A stretch of DNA of 64,000 nucleotides from Octopus sinensis (lineage: Eukaryota), in the NCBI RefSeq assembly GCF_006345805.1, contig NC_043002.1, positions 89,714,001 through 89,778,000 of the forward strand. The letters run 5' to 3'. The notes under the pieces are model-generated. The model ran no database searches and was not told where the DNA came from. It was given only the letters and a program-made list of their open reading frames with translations. Of the stretch, positions 27,075 to 38,526 are shown piece by piece. Every line of letters begins with the position of its first letter. Position 1 is the stretch's first letter. Position numbers and translations under genes: made by a program.

Positions 27075-27788
27075 CTCTCTCTCTTTTACTCTTTTACTTG
27101 TTTCAGTCATTTGACTGCGGCCATGCTGGAGCACCACCTTTTAGTACTTATTCTATCGGTCTCTTTTTGCCGAACCGCTAAGTGACGGGGACGTAAACAC
27201 ACCAGCATCGATTGTCAAGCAATGCTAGGGGGACAAACACAGACACACAAACACACACACATATACATATATATACATATACGACAGGCTTCTTTCAGTT
27301 TCCGTCTACCAAATCCACTCACAAGGCATTGGTCGGCCCGGGGCTATAGCAGAAGACACTTGCCCAAGATCCACGCAGTGGGACTGAACCCGCAACCGTG
27401 TGGTTGGTTAGCAAGCTTAAAAAAAAAGACTCCGCCGGTTACGACGACGAGGGTCCCAGCTGATACGATCAACGGAACAGCTTGCTCGTGAAATTAACGT
27501 GCAAATGGCTGAGCATTCCACAGACACGTGTACCCTTAACGTAGTTCTCGGGGATAATCAGCGTGACACAGATAGTGACAAGGCTGACCCTTTGAAATAC
27601 AAGTACAACTCATTTTTGCCAGCTGAGTGGACTGGAGCAACGTGAAATAAAGTGTCTTGCTCAAGGACACAACGCGTCGCCGGGAATCGAACTCACAACC
27701 TTACGATCATGAGCCGAATGCCCTAACCACTAAGCCACGCGCCCTCACGGTTAGCAAGCTACTTACCACACAGCCACTCCTGCGCCTA
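27075..27788 (-). mobile_element. SINE-B containing a nested SINE-D (27418-27748, minus strand)
   Basis: TSD GGTTAGCAAGCT (27406-27417, 27749-27760). Confidence 0.95.
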
Positions 27789-27799
27789 TTGTGTGACTT

Positions 27800-28720
27800 G
27801 CGAATTGAATACTGGTGTTATTTGGTGAATGTTGATGGAATGTTTTCCACATTGTTGAAGTTATGTTGAGCTCACCGCAGCGTTGGTTAGAATAGCTTGA
27901 GCTTTATAAGACAAGCCTAAGCCTGTTATACCCGACTTTTTTTTTGCGATCGGTCTCTGGAGTACTGCACTTCTCGCAATATATAGGGGATTACAGTGGG
28001 CAGCTGTCTTCAAGATAAGACCTAGAAAACGTAGAGGAGAAGAAGGTGATGGCACTGGAATCTCTAAAAGGATCCCCGACCACATTCTTCGGCTCGTGTC
28101 GACTTTATTGTTGATGTGCGTACTGCGCTTCAGCTTAGGTTGTTTTCTACAATTACCTGAGTTTTCTGATATTATTTGAGGCTGCGAGAAACTCGCCTAA
28201 AGGAAGAGAATATGGTTGTTTAAGTATGTCCTCTTGTCCAAAATAGATGAGCTCAGATTTTCCCTCGTTTAGCAGCACGCTGGTTTCTTTTCTGCCCATC
28301 AAATCACAGAGCACAGAGTAGATTAAAGTTCTCTTTAGTCATACACTCCCATGATTACTTTCTCGGGCTTAGAGTGATCTGCAAAGATTAAAAAAAAAAA
28401 TTTACTATTTTTGGTGGCATTTGCTATGTCCCTTAGGTAAATAATAAACAGAAGTGGGCACAACACAACACACTGTAGGATAACCGAATGACGTTTGCTA
28501 TTTTTGAGTTAACACCGCTCACGACTTGTTCAGTTGTGTTTGTCAAGAAACATTTCATCTACTGTAGTAGCTTTCCAGGGACTCCAGTGTTCAATGGTCT
28601 TTTTCAGTAGTATGTTGTGGTGGCTTGACATGTTTTGGGACTCTCTCCCAGAGCACTTAAAATGTCAAAGTGGTGCAGTCAGTTTCTGCCACTACGAAGG
28701 CCATACTGGCTGGTATCTAG
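27800..28720 (-). pseudogene. Decayed CR1/L2-like RT
   Basis: Frameshifted pieces: V.SG..LFIIYLRDI, IFADHSK, LNEGKSELI, LG.I.ENNLS..HINNKV. Confidence 0.7.
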
Positions 28721-29054
28721 ATGATTTCTTTTTAGAAATACACACACAGACGCGCACACATAGAAGCGTGCGCGTACGCACACACACACACACACACACA
28801 CTCTCTCTCTCTCACACACACACTCTCTCTCACACACACACACAGAGTCGCACATATATGTATGTATCAATATATTAAGGTTATAAATGGAAAATAGCAA
28901 CGAATATTTACTGATGGAAAGGCTCAAATCTGGTATAGAGTGAAATTTATGATATACAGTTGTTAGTTGTGACTTCATGTTTTCCCCTAGAAACTTATTC
29001 ACCACATACATACAAACACAATATTCGCCCACCCTCTCTCTCTCTATACACACA

Positions 29055-29086
<32 letters not shown>

Positions 29087-29411
29087 GACACACACACACA
29101 TATATATCGTTAAAGCACGAAATTGCGCCAGATCCTCTGGTTGATTAACTGATGAGGAATTAGGGACCTTGTGTCTGTTCTCCGTTCGTCTGTGCATTTA
29201 ATATATGTTTTTTAACTTGCCATTCTGCTTTCTGTTTTTCGTTTGTGCATTTATTATACATTTTTTCACTTATTAAGTAACGGAACGCAACGCACCCTGG
29301 CTTTTATTCACAATATATATATATATATATATAAATCTTTGTGGAGAATGGCGATTTGACGTCTATATCTAGCATGTTGACTGTCCACCTTTTCGTGTTC
29401 AGTCCTTAATT

Positions 29412-29492
<81 letters not shown>

Positions 29493-30446
29493 GTTTATAG
29501 ATTATCTATGTCTCTCTGTCTATACCCATTCACACTTGCACACACACACACACACACACACTGCTATTGTGTGTATATAAAAGAATGGGGAAAAATACAA
29601 AACAACAAAAACGGATGAAAAAAAACAACCAATCGAATCAAGATAATTCGGTTCAATCCCGAATCTCCTCTTAAAGAGGATCCACTTGACTAACTTTATT
29701 GAGAATCGATTTGTGATATGTAGCTAAAAGTATTTTAAACGCGAACCAATATCATGGGATGATGGACAGAGATTGAAGTAGATCTATCACTGAGATATTC
29801 CACCGAAGTAGCTTCTTCTAAGACTGACCGTCCTCCTTTGCAGAATTTAGAGAGAATGGCATAGTCCAGTATATTTAGGTGTTAGTGTTTATAGTAGCGA
29901 ATAATGTTGATGCGTTGAAAAATGTATGCAAGGGTGGTTGGTTGGTTTGTTACACAAAGCGAGGGTGTTTATGGTAGAGACTAAGGATGGCGAAAACTAG
30001 ATATTTTCTAAGTCTGAATATATTAAAGAAGAGTCAAAATTCGACTGTGTGTGCGCGCGCGCGCGTTTGGATTAGTTGGAGAGAGAATAGGGAGAGATGG
30101 AATGTTTCTTTTCTTTCTTTTTAGTCCAAGAATACGTTGTGTATAAATTTTAATAATCAATGAAATGAATAACTATGTGCATGCACAGAAAATTATCATC
30201 GTCTACACACTCGAATGTATATACATATTCATATATGTATGAGCATGTATGTATGCATATATATATGTGTGTGTGTGTGGTGTGTATCAGGCGTGGTTGT
30301 GCGGTAAGAATTTTCCTTTCCAACCACATGGTTCCGGATCCAGTCCCACTCTATGGCATCTTTAGCAAATGTCTTCTATTATAGCCACGGGACGACTAAA
30401 GCCTTGTAAGCGGATTTGGTAGACAAAAATTGAAAAAAAAAGGCTC

Positions 30447-30528
<82 letters not shown>

Positions 30529-30611
30529 TGGGTTTTGTATATTATGGAAAGAGCGATGAAGGACAGCTACTATTTTTGCCCATTTGAAAGCGTTACAATG
30601 TGTCTCAAATA

Positions 30612-30826
30612 ATCCTTTCTACTATATGCACAAGGTCTGAAATTTGGGGAGGGAGATAGCCAACTACATCGACCCCAGTGCGTAACTGGTACTTAGTTTA
30701 TCGACCCCGAAAGGATGAACGGCAAAGTCGACCCTGACGGAATTTGATCTCAGAAGGTAGTGACGGGCGAAATATCGCTAAGTATTTCGTCTAGCGTGCT
30801 AACGTTTCTCCCAGCTCACCGCCTTC
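30612..30826 (-). mobile_element. SINE-A tail type 2
   Basis: Match to other copies. Confidence 0.85.
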
Positions 30827-30838
30827 AATGCGTATCAG

Positions 30839-30883
<45 letters not shown>

Positions 30884-30886
<3 letters not shown>

Positions 30887-31517
30887 TCATATTATCTCTA
30901 GCTGCCCAGTCCTGGCTAAGAAGGAATATATTCACAGACATGATAGGTTGGAACCTACATACATTGGAAGCTATGCCAACATTATGGAATAACAACAGAA
31001 AAAAGATGGTATAGGCACACACCAGAAAAGGTCACAGAAAACGAGAAAGCAACCATACTCTGTGATATGCCGATACACACAGATAGAGAAATTAAGGCCA
31101 ACAGACCAGATATAGTTGTCAGAGATCATGAAGAAAAAAAATGCTTTCTAATTGATGTATCAATACCGGCAGATGACAACGTGTCTCTAAAAGAAATGGA
31201 GAAACTCTCAAAATACAAAGACCTGGAAATAGAGGTAACTAGAATGTGGAACCTGAAAACAGAAACAATTCCTATCATAGTAGGTGCATTAGGCATGATA
31301 AAAAAATATTCAGACAAATACATAACAAAAACACCAGGACTTACAAACACATATAACATACAGAAAATTGCACTACTAAGCACTGCACACATCCTACGCA
31401 GAACACTTTCCATACAATAACCATCAGAGCATCACAACAAATCACAGCACATACCCAAGGCACACAGAGCTGCGCTCGGTAGTGAAGTGAAAGCACGCTA
31501 TAAAAATAAAACTACTG
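30884..31517 (+). mobile_element. R4/Dong-like family 2, short 3' fragment inside (AAT)n
   Basis: ANRPDIVVRD..LIDVSIP..KLSKYKDL; 3'UTR ends AAAACTACTG; AAT arrays on both sides. Confidence 0.93.
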
Positions 31518-31535
31518 AATAATAATAATAATAAT

Positions 31536-32032
31536 CCAGTACCAGGCACTGGCTCTCATGGCTTCTGATCTTAACTTATTGGAAGTGTTATCGTGTACAT
31601 GTTTTGTCTTGGTAGAAAAGATGGGTTACAGCAAATATTCTGCTCAATACCACAGATTTGCTTGTCATGTCCCTTAAGGGCTGATAATATATGCATCTCT
31701 GACCACGAGTACAAGTAGGTGTGTGGGAGAGGCATCATAGCCATACACCGAGAGGAATTCTTTGTGGTTTGAATAATCATCTCTGGAAGCATTGTATTTT
31801 GTTCATCATCCTTAAACAACCCTTATTCAGAAACCCGAAGAAAATTCTAACTGGGCCCCACCTGTAAGGTCACGTGCTGTTTATTTTGCTATAAGATCAC
31901 CATGTAGCGCACATATGGTTGTGATACATGTGCCTGGTGTTCCCTTATCAGACGGGTAGTCATGGTGGGTATACTGGGCTTCGTATATTTTACCCCAGTG
32001 TCACTTTGATGGCATGCGTTGCTCTCTCACTC
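31536..32032 (+). mobile_element. Non-coding AAT-tailed unit, copy 1
   Basis: Homologous to 35083-35634; ends CTCTCTCACTC+(AAT)n; strand inferred from tail and truncation pattern. Confidence 0.8.
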
Positions 32033-32065
32033 AATAATAATAACAACAATAATAATAATAATAAT

Positions 32066-32246
32066 AGGGCCCCACCTGCAAGGTCATGCGCTGTTTATCT
32101 TGATATGAAATCAACATGTCACGCACACATAGTTGTGATACATGTGCCTGATGTACCCTTATCAGACGGGTAGTCATGATGGGTATACTGGACATTAAAT
32201 ATTTTACCCCAGTGTCACTTTTATGGCATGCACTGCTCTCTCACTC
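32066..32246 (+). mobile_element. Non-coding AAT-tailed unit, 5'-truncated copy 2
   Basis: 3' ~180 bp of the same unit with the same end. Confidence 0.8.
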
Positions 32247-32258
32247 AATAATAATAAT

Positions 32259-33005
32259 GATGGGTTCAAATTTTTCCACAAGGGCAGCAATTTCGGGGGA
32301 GGGGATGAGTCGATTACATCGACCCCAACGCTCAAGAGGTACTTATTTTATCGACCCCCAAAGAATGAAGTGCAAAATCGACCTTGGTGGAATTTGAACT
32401 CAGGACGTAAAGACAGTTGAAATTCCGTTAAGCATATTGCCCAGCGTGCTAACGATTCTGCCAGCTCGCTGCCTTAGTAATGATAATAATGTTTTCAAAT
32501 TTTGGCACAATGCCAGCAATTTTGGGACAGGGATGAAAATCGATCACCTCGACCTCAGTGCTCGATTGGTACGTATTTTATTCATCCTGAAATGAAAGGC
32601 TAAGTCGACCGCAGCAAAATATGCACCCAGAACGTAAAAAACGGACGAAATGCCGCTACGCATTTTGCCGGTGTGCTACGGATTCTGCCGGCCCATCGCC
32701 TTAATAATAATAATAATAATAATAATTATAATAATAAGAACAATGATAATAGTAATAACAACAACAATAATAGTAATAACAATCCTTTCTACAAAAGGTA
32801 CAAGGCCTGAAATTTTGGATAGGAGACTAGTCGATTACATCGACCTCAGTATTTCACTAGTATAGACCCCAAAATTTATAGACCCCAAAAGGATGAAGAA
32901 CAAAGTCGACCTTGGCGGAATTTGAATTCAAAACGTAAAGACAGACGAAATACTGCTCTGCATTTAACCTGGTGTACTAACGATTCTGCTAGCTCGCTGC
33001 CTTTC

Positions 33006-33040
<35 letters not shown>

Positions 33041-33240
33041 CCTTTTCTAATATAGGCACAAAGCCTGAAATTTGGGGGAGGGGACTAGTCGTTTATATGG
33101 ACTTCAGTGTTTCACTGGTACTTAATTTATTGACCCCTAAAGAATGAAAGGCAAAGTTGACCTTGGCGGAATTTGAATTCAGAACGTAGCAGCAGATAAA
33201 ATACAGGTAAGCAGTTCGCTCGGCGTGCAAACGGTTCTGC
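32259..33240 (-). mobile_element. Chain of four head-to-tail SINE-A copies separated by (AAT)n
   Basis: Copies at ~32259-32475, 32491-32702, 32781-33003, 33040-33240. Confidence 0.88.
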
Positions 33241-33263
33241 ACCCCCACCCCAATAATAATAAT

Positions 33264-33396
33264 AATTCCACCGAAGTCGACTTTACCTTTCATCCTTTCG
33301 GGGTCGATAAATTAAGTACCAGTTGCGTACTGGGGTCTATCTTATTCACTGGCTCCCCCGCCAAAAAATTTCGAGCCTTGTGCCTAGAGTAGAAAA
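33264..33396 (+). mobile_element. AAT-flanked SINE-A 3' fragment
   Basis: AATTCC start, GTAGAAAA end, AAT arrays on both sides. Confidence 0.85.
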
Positions 33397-33427
33397 TAAT
33401 AATAATGATAATAATAATAATAATAAT

Positions 33428-33835
33428 AGGCGCAGGAGTGGCTGTGTGGTAAGTAGCTTGCTAACCAACCACATGGTTCCGGGTTCAGTCCCACTGCGTG
33501 GCATCTTGAGCAAGTGTTTTCTGCTATAGCCCCGGGCCGACCAATGGCTTGTGAGTGGATTTGGTAGACGGAAACTGAAAGAAGCCTGTCGTATATATGT
33601 ATATATATATGTATGTGTGTGTATATGTTTGTGTGTCTGTGTTTGTCCCTCTAGCATTGCTTGACAACTGATGCTGGTGTGTTTACGTCCCCGTCACTTA
33701 GCGGTTCGGCAAAAAGAGACCGATAGAATAAGTACTGGGCTTACAAAGAATAAGTCCTGGGGTCGATTCGCTCGACTAAAGGCGGTGCTCCAGCATGGCC
33801 GCAGTCAAATAACGGAAACAAGTGAAATAATAAAC
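33428..33835 (+). mobile_element. SINE-B
   Basis: Full-length match. Confidence 0.93.
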
Positions 33836-33863
33836 AGAATAAATAATAATAATAATAATAATA

Positions 33864-35016
33864 TAGAAGGTGGTAGAGGCCTTATACAGCTGGAAAACTA
33901 CTATATAATAACCACCATAGGACTGCAAAAATATCTACTTCAGAAGGAAGGAAAACTGATACAAATAGCGGCAAAACACGAGCAAAAAAAAAAAACTGTT
34001 CTCAATATTTAAGGAAGCTGACAAATACAAACAAGAAATCATACCACCTAATAAATATGAAGAAGAAGAAGAAGATGAAGAAACAACAAAAGCTATAAAA
34101 CAAATGAAATCCAAACTAAAAATAGAACAGCAACGAACCATGATAACACGATGGCAAGGAAAGCCCCTTCATGGGAAATACTGGACTAAACTAAACGCAA
34201 AAGAAATAGACAAAGAAAAATCCCAGCAATGGTTGAGAAGCTCAGGACTCAAAGCAGAGACAGAGGGATTTTTAATTGCAGCACAAGACCAAAGCCTCCC
34301 CACCAGAAATTACCAAAAACATGTAATGAAAAGAAATATAACAAGTATCTGCAGAATATGTGGAGATGGACAAGAAACAATAAATCATATTATCTCTGGC
34401 TGCCCAGTCCTGGCTAAGAAGGAATATATTCACAGACATGATAGAGTTGGAACCTACATACACTGGAAGCTATGCCAACATTATGGAATAACAACAGAAA
34501 AAAGATGGTATAGGCACACACCAGAAAAGGTCACAGAAAACGAGAAAGCAACCATACTCTGTGATATGCCGATACACACAGACAGAGAAATTAAGGCCAA
34601 CAGACCAGATATAGTTGTCAGAGATCATGAAGAAAAAAAATGCTTTCTAATTGATGTATCAATACCGGCAGATGACAACGTGTCTCTAAAAGAAATGGAG
34701 AGACTCTCAAAATACAAAGACCTGGAAATAGAGGTAACCAGAATGTGGAATCTAAAAACAGAAACAATTCCTATCATAGTAGGTGCATTAAGCATGATAA
34801 AAAAATATTCAGACAAATACATAACAAAAACACCAGGACTTACAAACACATATAACATACAGAAAATTGCACTACTAAGCACTGCACACATCCTACGCAG
34901 AACACTTTCCATACAATAACCATCAGAGCATCACAACAAATCACAGCACATACCCAAGGCACACAGAGCTGCGCTCGGTAGTGAAGTGAAAGCACGCTAT
35001 AAAAATAAAACTACTG
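33864..35016 (+). mobile_element. R4/Dong-like family 2, longer 5'-truncated copy inside (AAT)n
   Basis: EGGRGL start; AAT arrays on both sides; ~98-99% identical to 30884-31517 over the shared part (counted by eye). Confidence 0.95.
34104..34919 (+). CDS. Open C-terminal 271 aa of the Dong-like ORF (CCHC knuckle plus RLE endonuclease)
   Basis: LHGKY, ETEGFLIAAQDQ, CRICGDGQETINHIISGC, RHDRV, ANRPDIVVRD..D..KY; retroelement remnant with no RT catalytic domain. Confidence 0.85.
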   Translation: MKSKLKIEQQRTMITRWQGKPLHGKYWTKLNAKEIDKEKSQQWLRSSGLKAETEGFLIAAQDQSLPTRNYQKHVMKRNITSICRICGDGQETINHIISGCPVLAKKEYIHRHDRVGTYIHWKLCQHYGITTEKRWYRHTPEKVTENEKATILCDMPIHTDREIKANRPDIVVRDHEEKKCFLIDVSIPADDNVSLKEMERLSKYKDLEIEVTRMWNLKTETIPIIVGALSMIKKYSDKYITKTPGLTNTYNIQKIALLSTAHILRRTLSIQ

Positions 35017-35019
35017 AAC

Positions 35020-35082
<63 letters not shown>

Positions 35083-35083
<1 letters not shown>

Positions 35084-35634
35084 TGCTCTGATGCAGTACT
35101 AGACAGTGGCTCTCATGGCTTCTGATCTTAACTGATTGGAAGTGTTATCATGTACATTGTTTTGTCTTGGTATAAAAGATGGGCTACAGCAAATATTCTG
35201 CTCAATACCACAGATTTGCTTGTCAGTTTCACCTTAACCAGTTGAGCATCTTCCTTAGTGGCTGACGATATATACATCTGTGATCACGAGCAGAAGTAGT
35301 TGGAGCATCACAGCCGTGTATTGAAAGGAATTCTTTTGGAGTTTGGATAATTCACCTTTGGAAACATGGGTGGTTCGTTCAACATCCTTAAACAACCCTT
35401 ATGCAGGGACCTTTTGAGTGTGATGGGCTATTCGACCCAAAGAAAATTCTAACTGGGCCCCACCTGCAAGGTCATGCGCTGTTTATCTTGATATGAGATC
35501 ACCATATCGCGCACATATGGTTGTGATGCATGTGCCTGGTGTATCCTTATCAGACGGGTAGTCATGATCGGTTTACTGGGCTTCGTATATTTTACCCCAA
35601 TGTCACTTTGATGGCATGCTCTGCTCTCTCACTC
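35083..35634 (+). mobile_element. Non-coding AAT-tailed unit, longest copy 3
   Basis: Bounded by AAT arrays; no substantial ORF; no tRNA head seen. Confidence 0.8.
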
Positions 35635-35659
35635 AATAATAATGATGATGATGATGATG

Positions 35660-35718
<59 letters not shown>

Positions 35719-35720
<2 letters not shown>

Positions 35721-37521
35721 CAGTACGGGTATAAAATGCTTGATAAAAAAAATATAAATCATCTCATTTACATGGATGATTTAAAGCTATTTGCAAAAAA
35801 TGACCAACAACTCAAGGGCTTACTAGCGATAGTCAAACAATTCAGTGACGACATCAGAAAGCAATTCGGCCTCGATAAATGTGCAAAAGCTACCTTTATC
35901 AAAGGAAAAAATGACAGAAACATCTAACGTTAACCTTGACCAGCAGAATGTCATAAAAGAACTAGACCCAGCGGAGAGCTACAAGTACCTAGGGGTAATT
36001 GAAGGGAACGGAATAAGGCATTCAGAGACGAAGGAAAGGATCAGGAGAGAATGTTATCGAAGAGTGAGAGCAATACTCAAGACAGAGCTGGATGCAAGAA
36101 ACAGGATCGAAGCGATCAATGCATTAGCCATACCAGTCGTGACTTACAGTTTCAATATCGTTAACTGGTCAATTACTGAAATATGTCAGCTCGACAGAAA
36201 AATACGAAAACTGTTGACAATGCATAGGATGCACCACCCTAAGGCAGATACAGAACGACTTTATCTGCCAAGAAAAGAGGGAGGCCGTGGTCTTTTACAA
36301 CTGGCAATAACAATGAAGATTGCTACAATTGGCCTAGACACCTACCTGAAAAAGTCTGAGGACTGGTTGTTAAAACTTGTCTCAAAACATGAAAACAAGA
36401 AAGCATCATACTCAGTAACAAAACAGGCAAAGGAATTTCTAAGTGAATTCCGAATACAACAAATTTCGGAATTAGAGATAGACATACAAGAAACAAGCAC
36501 AGAAAAAGCTAGGCGCATGAAAACCCGTGCCAAAACTGCGGCCTTAGGTATTCTGAATAATAAATGGCAAGAAAAACCTCTCTATGGCAAATACCCAAAG
36601 AGAGCGAATAATGCAGATATTGACAAAGCCCTGACCCATCAATGGCTAATGGCCTCTGGCTTAAAATCTGAAACAGAAGGGTTTATCATAGCAGCTCAAG
36701 ATCAATGCATACCAACAAGAAACTACCAGGCCAACATATTAAAGAACGGCAGTAGCCTAACATGTCGTGTATGCCGACAACAAAATGAAACCATTGATCA
36801 TGTTGTCTCCAAATGCAATCTTCCAGCGCCTCAACAGGCATGATAGAGCTGCACAATATATTCACTGGGTAATTTGCAAAAACCTGGATTTGCCCCATGA
36901 AAAAAAACTGGTGGGAACACAATCCACCTCCAGTGCTTGAAAATGACCACATCTCACTCCTCTGGAACTTCACCATTCAAATGACAGAAAGATAGATGCA
37001 AATAGGCCAGACATCATATTGAAAGACTTCAGACAAAGAACATGCCTCCTCATTGATATGACTGTCCCAATCGATATAAACGTATCTGTTAAGACCTACC
37101 AAAAACTGAGCAAATATAAAGATCTTGAAATAGAAATCAGCAAAATGTGGAACCTGAAGACTAAAACAATACCTGTTGTCATAGGTGCCCTGGGAATGAT
37201 AGCGAAAGGGGCTGATTGCTACCTAACTCAGATACCAGGAAACCCCACATTGGCAGAAATTCAAAAGATAGTGCTCCTGGGAACTGCTCATATCCTACGC
37301 AAAATACTCTCTATGTAATCCCAAGGTTTAAAACAAACTTTTTTATTTTTTTAAATTTATGTATTCGACATTCACTAGTACAACACACAAAAAAAAAAAA
37401 ACCCCAAATATATAGCACACTAGGCATAACAACAACGTGAACTTCCAACCTGTTGTCTCTTGAGGTCTCTGGGTGAGACTTGGAGCCAACTTGTACAGAC
37501 ATAAAGCAAAAGTCAAACATA

Positions 37522-37522
<1 letters not shown>
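35719..37522 (+). pseudogene. R4/Dong-like family 3, 5'-truncated at the RT core, frameshifted, inside (AAT)n
   Basis: NHLIYMDDLKL, FGLDKC, YKYLG, GGRGL, CRVCRQQNETIDHVVSKC, ANRPDII, KLSKYKDL; AAT arrays on both sides. Confidence 0.95.
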
Positions 37523-37578
<56 letters not shown>

Positions 37579-37591
37579 TAATATTAATAAT

Positions 37592-37723
37592 AATTCCGCC
37601 GAAGGCGACTTCGCCTTTCATCCTTTCGGGGTCGATAAATTAAGTACCAGTTGCGTACTGGAATCGATCTAATCGACTGGCCCCAGCCCCCAAAATTTCG
37701 GGCGTTGTGCCTAGAGTAGAAAA
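37592..37723 (+). mobile_element. AAT-flanked SINE-A 3' fragment
   Basis: Same start and end as 33264-33396. Confidence 0.85.
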
Positions 37724-37734
37724 TAATGATGATG

Positions 37735-37766
<32 letters not shown>

Positions 37767-37998
37767 CCTGTAATTTCAGTTTATCTGGAAGAGAAAGATA
37801 TCAACTAAATGATATATTTCCCGCGGTAGGCTAGCGTCATTTCCAGTTGGAGAAATACTTGTCGCTTTATTTAAAGGTATAGAAGGACAAATTAAATGCT
37901 ACTTTGTTGAATCTCTGTGGCTTGTGACAGGACACCATGGCCGTACACCATGGCCGCACACACACACACCACACGCCTATCATCTTCCAGCCACGAGA

Positions 37999-38047
37999 CC
38001 ACCAGACCGTACGGTTTCGACCTCTTTGTGGTCATCTTCGGTGGTGG
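37999..38047 (-). ncRNA. Minimal type-I hammerhead ribozyme (Penelope-like-element type), copy 1
   Basis: CCACCA CCGAAGA T GACC acaaaga GGTC GAAA CCGTACGG TC TGGTGG: 6-bp stem I, 4-bp stem II, palindromic stem III, GUC triplet. Confidence 0.8.
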
Positions 38048-38526
38048 ATGTTCGTCCTGTTAAATCGGAGTCTAGTCACTTGGTTCATTGAGAAGAGCGG
38101 AATATGAATGAACAGGTCATCAGTATGCGTCTCAGGTGTTTATTGACAGACACCCAGTTGAGTAAGCGTCGTGTTTGTAAATAGGTATCACGGTCCAGAT
38201 GCTTGTAAACAGATGTCACAGTCTAGGTACTTGTAAAAAGTACTACGGAGATAACACTTGTAAAACGGTGTAATGTTTCGTTAGCTTTACTTGTACGTAG
38301 ATACATTTTTAGGATTGGATGGGTTCCGCTAATCAGATCTGTACTCTCGATATACCATAGCTAGACCAAGTATTCAGTGTTGTCCATCAGCTTGTTATTG
38401 CATCTCAGCTAATGGATCAGGGCTGCTAATTTAATGCCCTGTTACTATTTTCACCGCGAAAATCCACCGAGTTACGTGCCCGCGTAATTTTAGTGCTTTT
38501 TTTTAATTGTAACTTAATGCTAAGTT

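Noticed and set aside
29140-29175. CTGATGAG hammerhead-like core
   Set aside because: No stem II or downstream GAAA
30046-30066. (GT)/(CG)n alternating tract with Z-DNA potential
   Set aside because: Short and unremarkable in such a microsatellite-rich genome
30838-37765. Repeat-spacer pattern superficially like a CRISPR array
   Set aside because: The repeats are variable AAT microsatellites and the spacers are retroelements; eukaryotic context with no cas genes
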